Shown here: in pieces, positions 9,084 to 19,827 of the stretch | Layout of the letters: each line of letters begins with the position of its first letter | Numbering within the stretch: position 1 is the stretch's first letter | From: Andalucia godoyi And28 | Taxonomy: Eukaryota; Protista; Jakobida | Length of the DNA: 64,000 bases | Direction: 5' to 3' | Assembly (NCBI GenBank): GCA_009859145.1 | Contig: VRVR01000001.1 | Coordinates: 140,463 to 204,462 of the forward strand | Translations under genes and position numbers: made by a program | The notes under the pieces: model-generated | The model's input: only the letters and a program-made list of their open reading frames with translations | What the model was told of the DNA's origin: nothing | Database searches by the model: none

Positions 9084-10694
9084 CTACTGGAAGAAGTCGC
9101 GATAGTCTTCTCGATGGGCAAGGTCTGTATCTCCGCTGTCGCCAGAACCCGAAGTGTCGCGCTTCTTCTTGGGTGAAGCGTCGCCGGTAGAATTGATGTG
9201 CGACCGGAACATGACCGGCTTGCCGGTTTTCTTTTGGACCGGCGCTTGCGACCGTTCCAGCGCACGCTTCACTCTATCCTCCTGCAGCTTCTTCGACTGC
9301 TCCAATTTCTCCTCCCGAATCCTCTGCCTTCTTTCCTTCTCGCGAGCTTTTTCGAGTGCCTCAACTCCTTCTGGATCCATCTGGTCGGATTCGATGATGA
9401 GTTCCTCCAGTTTCCGCTCAATATTCCGCAGCATGTCCAACGTCGAAAGCTTCGCATCGTTTTCGTATCCGGCTTGCCGATACACTTCAAGAACCTTGGC
9501 ATTGAGTTCATTCAACACACGATCTGCAGCATTTGAAGACACATTCTGTTCTGCCTTCGAGGTAAACCCCGAGATCTTTTCCTTTTCATGCTGAATCGAA
9601 ACCTCAAGAGACTGAATCTGGCCTTCCAAGGACGAGGACTCGGTTTCAAGCTTCCTTTTTGCCTCATTGTACTTTGTGCGAATTTCCTCAAGAGCCTCTT
9701 CGGTTTCCTGAGAGTTCTGAATCAAGAACAGGTTGCTTTCTTCCAATGATGCAAAAATATCGAGCAGCTGTTGTGGATCTGCAAAATACATGGGCAGCTC
9801 CGCATCGTCCACCTGAATTTCCTCCAACTTTGGTCTTTCTTTTCCCGCACGAACATTCCTCTTTTTCGCAGCTCCGGCAAGAGTCTTTTCGGAAGACTTG
9901 GGGCGTTCTTGCGGCACGCCGGTTCCTTGCTGTTGCGCAGTCTCCCATTCTTCCACAGACTTTTGGAACTTTGATTTTCGCAGCAACTCACGCTGCTCCA
10001 TTTTCCAGTCTTCCGGAGTCAGACTTAGCAGAAAATCCTTGTACCTTCGCCACTCCTCAAGCTTCTCTTCGTCTGTGCTCATCTGTGATTTAATTGCCTG
10101 GATCTGCGCATTCAGCCGCTTGATCTCGGCAACCTTGTCCGCCTTTTCCTTTGTTTGAGCCTCGGCTTTCCGCATTGCTTCGACGGCTTTCATGTCATTG
10201 TCCTTGAGAAATTCGTCAAATTTCTGTGCATTTTCCTCCAGCAACTCTTCGTCCTCCCTCAGTTTACGCTCGCGTTCAGTTGCCTTGTCTTCAAGGTTTC
10301 TGATTTCCGATCTCTTCGCATCAAGACTCATCTGCACCAAGAACATTTCCCTCTTCTTTGCAATGTACTCTGCAAGGTTTTCCTTTTCTTTGGGCAACAC
10401 AGAGTCTCTCTGGCGCGAAAGCAAAGGCTCCAACGCCTGTCGAAGTGTTTCTTCTCGCCGCAAATCTTCTTCCGTCAATTCCAAATCATCATCTTCAGGC
10501 CGATCACGCAGAGTAATCTCACGAGTCTTCGAGAGCGTCTTTTCCGTAATTGACATGTTCTGAAACTTGATTCGCTCTTCTGTTTTTCGCTGCCGCTCCT
10601 TATCACGAAGAATGAAGACTTCTTCTTCAGAAGGAACTGTAAACGGATTGTCCTCCGCAAGCCCACTCATCGACGAGCTTGCAGAAGACGACAT
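9084..10694 (-). CDS. CFAP100: Cilia- and flagella-associated protein 100 (CCDC37, DUF4200); N-terminus may extend to ~10800 or an upstream exon
   Basis: KREMFLVQMSLDAKRSEI...LEENAQKFDEFLKDND, LPMYFADPQQLLDIFASLEESNLFLIQNSQETEEALEE, KKTGKPVMFRS. Confidence 0.88.
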   Translation of the reverse strand: MSSSASSSMSGLAEDNPFTVPSEEEVFILRDKERQRKTEERIKFQNMSITEKTLSKTREITLRDRPEDDDLELTEEDLRREETLRQALEPLLSRQRDSVLPKEKENLAEYIAKKREMFLVQMSLDAKRSEIRNLEDKATERERKLREDEELLEENAQKFDEFLKDNDMKAVEAMRKAEAQTKEKADKVAEIKRLNAQIQAIKSQMSTDEEKLEEWRRYKDFLLSLTPEDWKMEQRELLRKSKFQKSVEEWETAQQQGTGVPQERPKSSEKTLAGAAKKRNVRAGKERPKLEEIQVDDAELPMYFADPQQLLDIFASLEESNLFLIQNSQETEEALEEIRTKYNEAKRKLETESSSLEGQIQSLEVSIQHEKEKISGFTSKAEQNVSSNAADRVLNELNAKVLEVYRQAGYENDAKLSTLDMLRNIERKLEELIIESDQMDPEGVEALEKAREKERRQRIREEKLEQSKKLQEDRVKRALERSQAPVQKKTGKPVMFRSHINSTGDASPKKKRDTSGSGDSGDTDLAHREDYRDFFQ

Positions 10695-11123
10695 TCGAGC
10701 TCGAGACCCAGCTCCAGACGCCCTTGACGCACCAAGACTCGACGGTGCTCCTAGATTCGACGCAGGTCCTTTTGGAACCACTTTCGGAGTAGACTTCTTC
10801 AGTGCCGATATGAAGTGCAACAACACAGAAAAGATGAAGGGATGGGAACCAGCACCAAGAACAGTGGTATGAGTAAGAACAACAGCAATAACAACAACCA
10901 GAAGAAGAAGAAGAAGCAGAAGAAGAAGAAAGCCGACGACGAAAGGAAAATGATCAGAATCACATTGTCGTAATGAAAATGAAGACGTAAAGGTGTACAT
11001 TGCAACAAGAACGATTTGAAAAACGAAAAAGGGAAAAGAGGGGGGAAAGTATGCATACACTCAACGAAGAAGAGGCGTGCGTTTGTCTTGATGCGGACAT
11101 CTGTCTCCAAGTACAAATGAATC

Positions 11124-11183
11124 AATAATAATAATAATAATAGTAATAATAATAATAATAGTAATAATAGTAATAATAGTAAT
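11124..11183. repeat. (AAT)n/(AGT) microsatellite
   Basis: Direct reading. Confidence 0.95.
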
Positions 11184-12267
11184 CGAAACTGCTCAGCAAC
11201 CGTTCAGTAATAAATACGGAACGAGAGTGAGAAAACCGTGGTTGGGGTTTTTCACGAACGTTGAAGACAAAAGGCACGGTTGACTGCTTTGTGTATCAAA
11301 CATTGACCATCAAATAATACGTTTATCCTACCGTAGTCAAAGTCCAGAATTTCTTTCATTCTTCACTTTTTGTTTCGTTCATTCGATTATTCTTTCTGTT
11401 TGATTTGCGTTTTTTTAATCATCGAACCGTCAAACAGCACCTTTCGTCAAAGACAAAGACAAAGCATCGCATGGCTTCAAAGAGGGGATCTTCCCAATAA
11501 GCTCAAACCGGTCATGCCCGACGATGCCGAGAACCAAGGAATCCGTTGATCCCCTCTCGTTGGAGGCGGAAAGCAACAACAAGAAGAAGATCGTCAGACG
11601 ACAACTTGCTGAGCAAGCGGATGATCATCAAATCACGAAGATGTGATCGATTGCGTGAGAACATGAGGGATCAAAGGGAAATCCGTCGTCAGCCGCGGCG
11701 TCGTTGGCGCAATGTGCAACACTGCCGACGACATTCTGTTTTCCTCCAATGTTCAATTTTGAATGTTGAATCGATTGGGGAATATGTTTGGTTGCGACGA
11801 CCCTTTAATGTAGAGTTGGGTACTCGCCCCAAATTGGATCTGTCTTCAGTGACAGCTTAGCCAATGATCAATCATGATTCTTTTGACGAGCGGAGGCAAG
11901 GTGACAGGGGTAGACTACGACAGTCAGCTGGAGCTTTTTTTGACGGAGAATGAAATGGGTCTTTGATAATATTATGTAGATAACGCTCGGGGGGAAAGGC
12001 TTTTTTGGAACTGGATTGCAAGAAACCTCTCTGTCTTTTCCCTGATTCCGAACGAGCAGTTTCCATGTGTGTGTGTGTGTACATATATTCTTTTGGTTTC
12101 ATTTTCTTTTTTATTTTCTTTAATTTTATATTATATATATATATATGTTTTTAAACGTCCGTTCCTTTCCTTCATTTTCTTTCTTTTTTGTTTACTATAC
12201 AACAGCCATTCGTTGACATTTTTACGCACCGCAGCTTGCTTCTGTGGAAAGGGGAGAGGGAAAAGAC

Positions 12268-13339
12268 ATGTCAACAATTGGAACGGGAAACGCGTACCTG
12301 GTGAAGTATCACTTCGATGCTGCTGGAGAAAACGAGCTTTCGATATATCCAAATGAAATCCTTGATGAGGTCGGTATGTTGTTGTTGTTGTTGTTCTTTT
12401 GGCTATCCTAGCGCTTCTGTGGTGTGTGTTTTTGAGTTTTTTTATATTTTCAAACGCAATATCTGACGGTTTCTTCTTTGTTTGGTTGTTTTGGTTTTTT
12501 TCCACTTTTTTTGATGACATATGGGGGGAGCAGAGGAGCCTCGAAACGATTGGGTGTTGGTTCGAAAACGAGAGTCTCCGACACAGAAAGGATATGTTCC
12601 GTTGGCTTTTGTGGAGCTGTATGATCCGAGTATACTGCGAAATGATGTGAGAGAACCGGTCCGCAGTGCTCCTAGACCACCGGGTGCATCGATTGGCTCA
12701 GGTCAAGCGGACCCACGGTCCAGTTCTCCGCTGCCTTCGCCACTGCGACCTAATCCTGGTCTTGGAAACTCGGGAAATTCCTACCGAAATACCCCAGCCT
12801 CTTCTTCGTCTTCCTCCTCTTCGACATCATCATCATCATCACTCTCGGTGTCGGCAGCGGCAAATCAAGGGCATCACAGTAATCACCATAACACGAATAA
12901 TAATACTATGGGAAGTGGATTTGATAATAACGGTGGCGCAGGAGGAGCAGGGGGCGGACTGGGAGTGCCACCACCTGCTTCGTCGGTGTTGATGGCGAAG
13001 AGACAGCAGCAACAGCAGGCAGGAATGGGCATGGGGGGGTTGTCTGGGGCATCGCCTTTACCTGCAGTTGTGGACTCGTTCAGCGAAATGCTGACGGATT
13101 TCAGAACCCGTTTGTCCAAGATTATGGAGGAGAGAGATGAGGCGTTCCGCAAGTTGGAAAGATCAATCGGAGCAACGTCAAAAGAGATTCAGGCGTGCCA
13201 GGACCGAAATACAGGACTTACGCAGAAGATCATGGATTTGGATTCGTGGATCGAAGAAGAAAAGGCAAAATGGAGAGAGCAACTCGAAAACGAAAAGAGA
13301 AACCAGAAGCTTCGAGCTTCAAGGATGACTCCGCGATGA
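12268..13339 (+). CDS. SH3-domain protein with low-complexity linker and C-terminal coiled coil; exons 12268-12373, ~12531/12534-13339
   Basis: Exon 1 YHFDAAGENELSIYPNEIL joins EPRNDWVLVRK...KGYVPLAFVE, giving a complete SH3. GTATGT donor at 12374; tandem GAGCAG acceptor, both options in frame. Confidence 0.85.
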
Positions 13340-13651
13340 TCGGTGAGTCACTCTTAGTCGACGGAAAGTGGCAAGGAGACGGTACGTGTAAGATTTCCGT
13401 GAAGTGCAACGCCTCTCAGAGTATCATATTATAGGATGTACCTATTTTCCGAACAGCTTGCAGTCCACCAACGATGGATGAAGATTAAATCTTCTTTTTC
13501 TTCTTCTTACTTTTTCTTCATTCTCTCCCCCTCCCCCTCCCCCTCCCCCCTTCCTTTTTGATTTGGGGTGGGAGGTGGGTGATAAAGTGAACAGACATCA
13601 GGCATGCGGCACAAGATGGATACTCTGGCAACCCACATCCTGATCTGAACA

Positions 13652-14989
13652 CTACCCTTTCGTTGTGCTCGCCGTCGATGAATAGATGGTCCACAAACCG
13701 ACGCGTCCATCTCGAGATCCCGATGCAAGAGTGTAAGAACCGGATTGGAACGAAAAAGAAGTCACGCTGCCCTTGTGTCCTTTCAGAATCGCCAGTGGAG
13801 CAAACGACGCCGCGCTGAAAACACGAATTCGGCCGTCTTGCCCACCAACAAAGATGAGCTTGTCGTCTGGCCGAAACGAAACTGCACCGAAACCGGACGA
13901 CGGTAGCTGTGTTTTATGGAGCACAGAAAAGGTCGACAAAGATGCGATGATGAATGTCTCGGAAGAAGAGACACACGCTATCTTTTGCAGTCGCGAGTCT
14001 ACAGCGCAAGCAAACACAGGGTCTTGGAAAATCTTGCAGGCCTGCATTTGCTTGACATTCCATTTGGACGGTGTTTCCGTAGAAGATGCTGCAGAAGCAA
14101 TGGGCATTTCGACATCGTAGTGAACCACAGACCCGTCTTCGTGGCCGACAATCACGCCGATTGATTTTGCACAGTCATCGTAAAACCGAGCTTGTATGCA
14201 CATGCACATCCCTCGCTTTTCGTCCTGTTCAATCATAAGCAAAGGTTCAGCGTTCACACAAAACGACTCCTGCTCTCCTGAAACTTCGTCTCGTTGAACT
14301 CCTCCGTCCTCCACTTCCTCCTTCTCTGCGTCCTCTGGTTCGTCTCCCGCCCTCCCTTGCATGGCTTGCTGATTCGACGAAGACAACTCATCCAGATACT
14401 CCTGTATTGTTCTCAGGGTCATTTTCCAAAGTCCTATCAGCCCGTTGGATCCAAACGATGAGAAAACGTAAACTACAGAACCTCGCTGAAGAACTTGGCA
14501 CTTGCAGAAGTCATGGGCAATCGAGTCAATCCACGCAACAATCTTTTTTGATTCAACATGGATGAGATAGATCCTCGAAATACGGATCTGGACAAGCAAA
14601 AAGGATCCACAAGTCGGTTCGTGAATTTGGTGAATCGCCAGAATCGACCCGGGAGCAGTTCCAAGAATTTCATCCAGTGTTGCTTCAATCGAGTACGAAA
14701 TTGTATTCCACAGAATTACTCTTCCATCTAAATCACTAACACAGTAACACACGGAAAAGTCCGGGTGGAGGGGGGAGGAAACACCCAGCCAACACGTCAG
14801 TACCATAAGGAATTCTCCCATACCGCGCAAAAATCATTAAGCCATCCAAAACAAAGAATAGAGATCAACATACCAGGACCACAGTTGCGAACACGACTGC
14901 CCATTCAAATCGCGGTTCCAGCAAACATCCGTGATTTCCGTTGCATGTCCTCGAAGAAAGAAATCCGCTTCTGGAGACGGTCGAGCCAT
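13652..14989 (-). CDS. GNB1L: WD40 protein, ASA1/GNB1L-like; exons 14989-14874, 14735-13652
   Basis: MARPSPEADFFLRGH at the N-terminus; GHEDGSV; FRPDDKLIFVGGQDGRIRVFS...LAILKGH...LASGSRDGRVGLWTIY. Confidence 0.8.
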
Positions 14990-15327
14990 GGACCCCGGGT
15001 TCTTTCAGTCAATATAACCTCACTGCACCACAAAAACGAAAAGAAAACAAAAAAGAAATAGAAAAGAAAAAAGAAAGGGAGAAGGAAAAACACTGTCTCG
15101 GACGCAGGATGCAGGAGGTGGAGGATGTGAGGAAACGCACGAGCAGAACGAGAGAAAAAGAAAAACATGATTTTCCCTCAAGTTCCGGGCTCAACCTTCT
15201 CTGCAAGCTGCAAACGGGCATCGTGAATTCGTGATGGAATTCTTTCCGAAGCGCTTGTCAGTTTGTCCTGTGCTTTTGTGACGCGTCACGGGAGGCATTC
15301 AGTGTGTGACGAGGTGCAATTGGGGGG

Positions 15328-17172
15328 ATGCATTTTCAAAAGATGCGCAAGTCTTCTATTTCGCCCAAGAAACCCGTCAAAAGAGAGAGTTCCGGTGCTT
15401 CTGCTGTCGTGGTGGTGCCGAATAAGGAAGCACCATTTTTGCAGCAGGTAAAAAGCCCGGGACGCAGCGCAGAACAGTTGCCGGGACGTAACCGGTTGTT
15501 GGACCAGCTTGAAAAGGTCCTTTCGTTTTCTGATCCATACGCAGTGGAAATATGCTTGTCGGAAGTTTCCCAAGCAACCGATGACGAGTGTCGACGGTTT
15601 GTCGAGGATGGCGGCCTTGGAAGAATTCGTCAATGCATGGTGCGGTTCGCTTCGCGAGGCGGAGTCTTGGCATTTGCCTGTCGATCGCTTGCGCATGTGG
15701 TTACGTCGTACTGTGCAGATCAAAAGGAGTTTAGATCATTGTGTAAGTCCGTCTTGGATTCAGGATTTGTTTCGAGACTGCAGACTGCGCTCCAAAGAGT
15801 CCCAAACGACGAAGATTTATTTTCAAGTGCTTGCCAGGTTTTGGAAGTGTTGTCTGAAACAAAGCAAGGAGCGCTGCAGTGCATGGAGGACGACGTACTT
15901 TTGCAAATTCGAATGGGCTTGGAAAAGCATCTGCTTTCTCGTTCAGCTATGAGCGCGGTATCCGGTTTCTTGTGGACGCTCTCGTCAACGTCCAAGAACC
16001 GGTCGAAACTGTTCTTTTATGAATTTCTAAAGTGTCTGACGGATGTCATGAAGAAACATGGAGAAGATCCCATGGTTTGTGGGAAAGTATGCGGTGCATT
16101 TGCCACGATGGGGGCTTCTTCGACGAAGGACGATCCAGATGACCTCGGAGAAACCGTTGAGTGTCCACTCACCACCTATCTTCCTTGGGATATTTGGAGC
16201 ACCCTCCTGCCGCTGTTTGGATGTTTTGTGGAGGTTCACATCGATTCTCCTGCTGTTTTGCAGCGCGTCCTTGCATGTGTTACTGTGTGTGCGAAGGATA
16301 AGGTTTACGTTGAGAGCCTAGAGTCGCGCAAGGACCGAGACATGTTGCTGACTCTGCTGTCGACTGTGTGGGATGCGCAAATGAACAACGCAATGTTGAT
16401 GGTGGAGTGCTGCCATTTGCTGACTTCTCTCACCTCGTCGACGATTTTGCGCCAGGCAATGATCCTCGAGAACATTCCGCGCAAACTGCTCATCTTGTTG
16501 GACCGGCACAAACTCGACAAGGTTCTTGTGAGTGAAGCCGTCTGCTTGCTTTCGTATTTTGTCGGCACACATACGGATCTGACCCATTTGTTTCGCGACG
16601 AAGCACATCGCCTGATTCTTCTTTCTACGTTTGAAAACCATCCAGACGGTATTCAGTTTTTCCCTGCAGTTCTTGAAATTCTTCGTTTGTATGCGCTGTC
16701 GTCATTTCATAAGGAACAGCATTTTCCTCCGGATTTCCTGTCGCTGCTGCGCAAACTGTCACATGACAACGTTCCGTCCGTACCCTTTCTCTATGCATCT
16801 GTTCAGTTTCTGGTGTCCTATGCAGAGGTGTCAAAAGAATGCTGCATTCGCATCGCCAGGGCTGATTTTGTGCCGCTGCTTTACACACTCATATTGTCGC
16901 TTCGCAAGGAATGGTTTCTGGTGGAGTTGTGCGCTCGATGTTTGCTGTCGCTTTGCCAGTGCGACGCCACCCAAAGTCATGTTTCCAGACTTCGAATGGA
17001 AACGCTGCTGCAATCTCTGGAGGAAAAGCAAAACGCTCCGTTCTGCACGAGCTCGGATGAAGAATTCGACAACGATGGATCGGTACCGATTCGCCAGTTA
17101 TCGTTTGTCTCCAAGCTTCTGACTGCGTTAACGACACCGTCTTTCTCACCGCTTCCACCTAGTTTCAATTGA
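15328..17172 (+). CDS. Armadillo/HEAT-like helical repeat protein
   Basis: 614-aa ORF with repeated amphipathic helices (e.g. CGKVCGAFATMG, ACRSLAHV, SACQVLEVLS). Confidence 0.7.
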   Translation: MHFQKMRKSSISPKKPVKRESSGASAVVVVPNKEAPFLQQVKSPGRSAEQLPGRNRLLDQLEKVLSFSDPYAVEICLSEVSQATDDECRRFVEDGGLGRIRQCMVRFASRGGVLAFACRSLAHVVTSYCADQKEFRSLCKSVLDSGFVSRLQTALQRVPNDEDLFSSACQVLEVLSETKQGALQCMEDDVLLQIRMGLEKHLLSRSAMSAVSGFLWTLSSTSKNRSKLFFYEFLKCLTDVMKKHGEDPMVCGKVCGAFATMGASSTKDDPDDLGETVECPLTTYLPWDIWSTLLPLFGCFVEVHIDSPAVLQRVLACVTVCAKDKVYVESLESRKDRDMLLTLLSTVWDAQMNNAMLMVECCHLLTSLTSSTILRQAMILENIPRKLLILLDRHKLDKVLVSEAVCLLSYFVGTHTDLTHLFRDEAHRLILLSTFENHPDGIQFFPAVLEILRLYALSSFHKEQHFPPDFLSLLRKLSHDNVPSVPFLYASVQFLVSYAEVSKECCIRIARADFVPLLYTLILSLRKEWFLVELCARCLLSLCQCDATQSHVSRLRMETLLQSLEEKQNAPFCTSSDEEFDNDGSVPIRQLSFVSKLLTALTTPSFSPLPPSFN

Positions 17173-17435
17173 TCTATTTATCTCACATGTACCAATATGC
17201 CTCTCCATAAAAGCTGGGGATCTATCGGGTTGCTGTTGGTTGGCTGTCCATGCCCTCCTGAATAATTGTGTGTCTCAGCCCGTCGACTGTTTTTAACGCA
17301 TCCTATAAACGGTCGTAGAAACCCCCAAAACCCTGCATGTTCGACTTTCGAGTCTGATTTTTGTGTTTTTCTTTTGAATTTTCCTTTGGAATTTATTTTG
17401 TACATTATTACTATTTCGTTTTTTCTTCCAGGGTT

Positions 17436-17478
17436 TTCTTCTTCTTCTTCTTCTTCTTCTTCTTCTTCTTCTTCTTCT
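17436..17478. repeat. (TTC)n microsatellite
   Basis: Direct reading. Confidence 0.95.
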
Positions 17479-17507
17479 TTTTAAAAATTAAGGAAGCAGT
17501 AAGAGAG

Positions 17508-18170
17508 ATGCTGCGGTATTTCCAAGCTTGTGTTTTGCTTGGGCTGCTGTCGGCTGCGGTGCTTACGAACGGGACATTTATTCAGCTTCAGGAGGGATCT
17601 CACCGATGTTTATCGGAGGATACGGTTCAGTTTTCGCTTCTTCGCGTTGTGTATTCTGCGACCGTTGCGTCATCCGTGGATGCGCATTCCCAGTCGGAAT
17701 TCCAAAAGATCGGAATCAAGGTTGATATTAAGAACCCGATGCGGGAAAAGGTGTTTGAGGGAATTTCTGGTCCAACGGGCGAAGTGAAGTACACGACCAA
17801 GGTTGCTGGCGATCATCTGATCTGCTTCTCCACGAACACTTCCCATTGGTGGCCTTCTCAAAATATCGTGCTGAACCTTGATTTTGACATTAGAACAGGA
17901 AATGAAGCAGTGGATATGAAGTCGGTGGCGAGAAAAGAACATGTGGAAGCCATCCAGAGTGCCATTGCGCGGCTGGAGCGACGTGTTTCGGATATCAACA
18001 CCGAGTACACGTACCAAAAGTTCAGAGAGTTCCGTTTCCGACACACCTCGGAAGAGACGAATTCCAGAGTTGCTTGGTGGTCCGTTGCCCAGCTTATCGC
18101 CGTCGTTGGTGTCGGTGTCGCACAGGTCTTCTACATCAGACGATTCTTTGCAAAGAAGGGCGTCAAATAA
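17508..18170 (+). CDS. p24/TMED (emp24/gp25L) cargo receptor, p24alpha (TMED9)-like
   Basis: Signal peptide, GOLD domain (RCLSED, GDHLICFSTN), FRHTSEETNSRVAWWS, TM helix and RRFFAKK tail. Confidence 0.92.
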   Translation: MLRYFQACVLLGLLSAAVLTNGTFIQLQEGSHRCLSEDTVQFSLLRVVYSATVASSVDAHSQSEFQKIGIKVDIKNPMREKVFEGISGPTGEVKYTTKVAGDHLICFSTNTSHWWPSQNIVLNLDFDIRTGNEAVDMKSVARKEHVEAIQSAIARLERRVSDINTEYTYQKFREFRFRHTSEETNSRVAWWSVAQLIAVVGVGVAQVFYIRRFFAKKGVK

Positions 18171-18274
18171 AACGAGTCCGTGCGAAGTATCATTCTTCTG
18201 TCTGTTTTTTTTTGCTCTTCTTTTTATTCCCCTTCAAATTAATTGTTGGTTTGTCATGATGTTTTTGACGCTGA

Positions 18275-18440
18275 CCGACGGATGATGTTTCCAGCGGAAC
18301 AGTTTGCATTCCACATCCTTCTCAGGGAGACACAGAGGGCAGTTGTGGCTTGCGAATGGCCATCCACCTGCGGATCAGCCACGAGAATGCACGGACCGAA
18401 GTCCGCCACGTGTTTCATTCAGTATCGGAAATCACCGAGA
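18275..18440 (-). pseudogene. Possible heavily decayed Fanzor1/TnpB-like fragment
   Basis: Minus strand reads LLGDFRY*MKH...VD; restoring one missing A gives VDEPFASHNCPLC (RuvC-II/Zn-finger pattern DExxTSxxCxxC); another frame gives RMWNANCSAGNIIRR (WNRDxxAxxNI-like). Confidence 0.4.
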
Positions 18441-18885
18441 AGAAAAAAACCTGAATCAACAATGTTATGCTGTTCCGAAGCAGCCCCAATAATCACCCGG
18501 GGAAGTCCCGGAAAATCGAGCTGCCCTGCGAGTGCGCTCCACCACGTAGAAACACCCCTTTCAAATAATGACAGTTAAAACAAACATCAGAAAGAAGAAG
18601 AAAAAAACAGAACTGGATGAATAAACTGCTGAGTGTTTAATGCCTGTGACCCCTGCCTTTTCTTTTAGCAGGTGCTCGAGTTCTGCTGCAGTTGTCGTTG
18701 TTGTTGGAAACCTGCAACTTGCTTTCGAGAGAGCTCTTTTCCGTGGGTCCGCGCAAGCGAAAACTAATGATTTAAAATATTAATAATAAAAAGTCATATG
18801 GTTTTTGTTTAGAATTGTGTGTCACAGACTTCCTCTACGTGTTGCGGAGTGCGAAACGGAAAGACCTGGCTTTTGGGTACCCAAA

Positions 18886-19025
18886 AGCGTCTACATTGTA
18901 CACTAACCACGGATAATCATCGCTGATCACCCATAATCCATGTAGCAACCCAGCATGCACAGCATGATTGGGAAGGGGGTAGGCCCCCAACACGCCCCTC
19001 GGCATGAGAGACGCTCTTAAGATAG
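18886..19025 (-). ncRNA. Putative Fanzor2 omegaRNA scaffold, copy B
   Basis: Identical to copy A except for one extra G in the GGGG run; different 3' flank. Confidence 0.72.
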
Positions 19026-19337
19026 ATGTAGATGCTGCGGATCTTTCATGGCGGCGATGGAGATGTCATGGGTCTTGTGCAGCGTTGCGGGCGTGACGTA
19101 TATGGTGCGCTGCATGGACAATAAAAATAAAGAAATGAAATGAGCGTCGGTGTGCGAGAATGCAACGCGGTGGCGTATTTATACAGGGATTTTATGACCA
19201 AAATGGGGCGAAACGAATCGGGCATCGTGTGAACGGAGTTGTTTAAGATGACAGACGCATGCGCATGAGCGCGTGGCAGTGTGTTTGTTTGCGTGCGCTT
19301 TAGAGTGCGTCATCATATCGCAACAAGTGGCAACAGT
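18886..19337 (-). mobile_element. Non-autonomous IS607/Fanzor2-derived cassette, copy B
   Basis: Reverse complement of 6314-6763 with about 7 substitutions and 2 single-base insertions by manual alignment. Confidence 0.85.
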
Positions 19338-19695
19338 AGTGAATTTCCCCGACACATGAAAAGGCGCTGATGGGCGATGACTGACGACTGACGACTGACG
19401 GGCCCACGTCGACCACACGCATTCCATCGACAGATCAAAGAGCATCCCGTTTTTATATATAAATATAAATATAAATATATTTTGACTCTCTCTTCCCTGC
19501 TCTCTCTGCTTTATTTTATTTTATTTAATCGTTTCTTTTATCATTTCTTGTTTTCTCTGTCTTTGCTCATTGTTTAAGAAAGCAGGAAGCATTTATTTCC
19601 TGAATTCATCTCCTTGTTTTCCATCATCTTGAGTTGTCTATCTGCTCCTTTCTCATGAGTTGAGTTGTTGGTTTTTTTAAATACATCCCCATTCC

Positions 19696-19772
19696 CACAC
19701 GCACACACTCACACTCACAATCACAACCACACTCACACTCACACTCACACTCACAATCACACTCACACTCAC
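19696..19772. repeat. (CACACT)n imperfect hexamer repeat
   Basis: Direct reading. Confidence 0.9.
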
Positions 19773-19827
19773 GTATTATATTACTTCTTGTTTGTTTTTT
19801 TTTGCTTTCTTTGGGTGGTTTAAAAAA

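Noticed and set aside
11470-11860. Short ORFs in the gap between CFAP100 and the SH3 gene (e.g. MPRTKESVDPL...)
   Set aside because: They are short (about 40 aa from ATG) with no motif, splice support or similarity to the Fanzor families.
17190-17350. An 8-bp hairpin and the peptide YSGGHGQPT between the ARM and TMED genes
   Set aside because: Too weak to call as either ncRNA or Fanzor remnant, and no second copy in the window.
6314-19337. The inverted 450-bp pair as TIRs of a 13-kb composite transposon
   Set aside because: The enclosed genes are ordinary housekeeping genes with no transposase, and each repeat is internally asymmetric like a complete small element, so independent insertions are more parsimonious.
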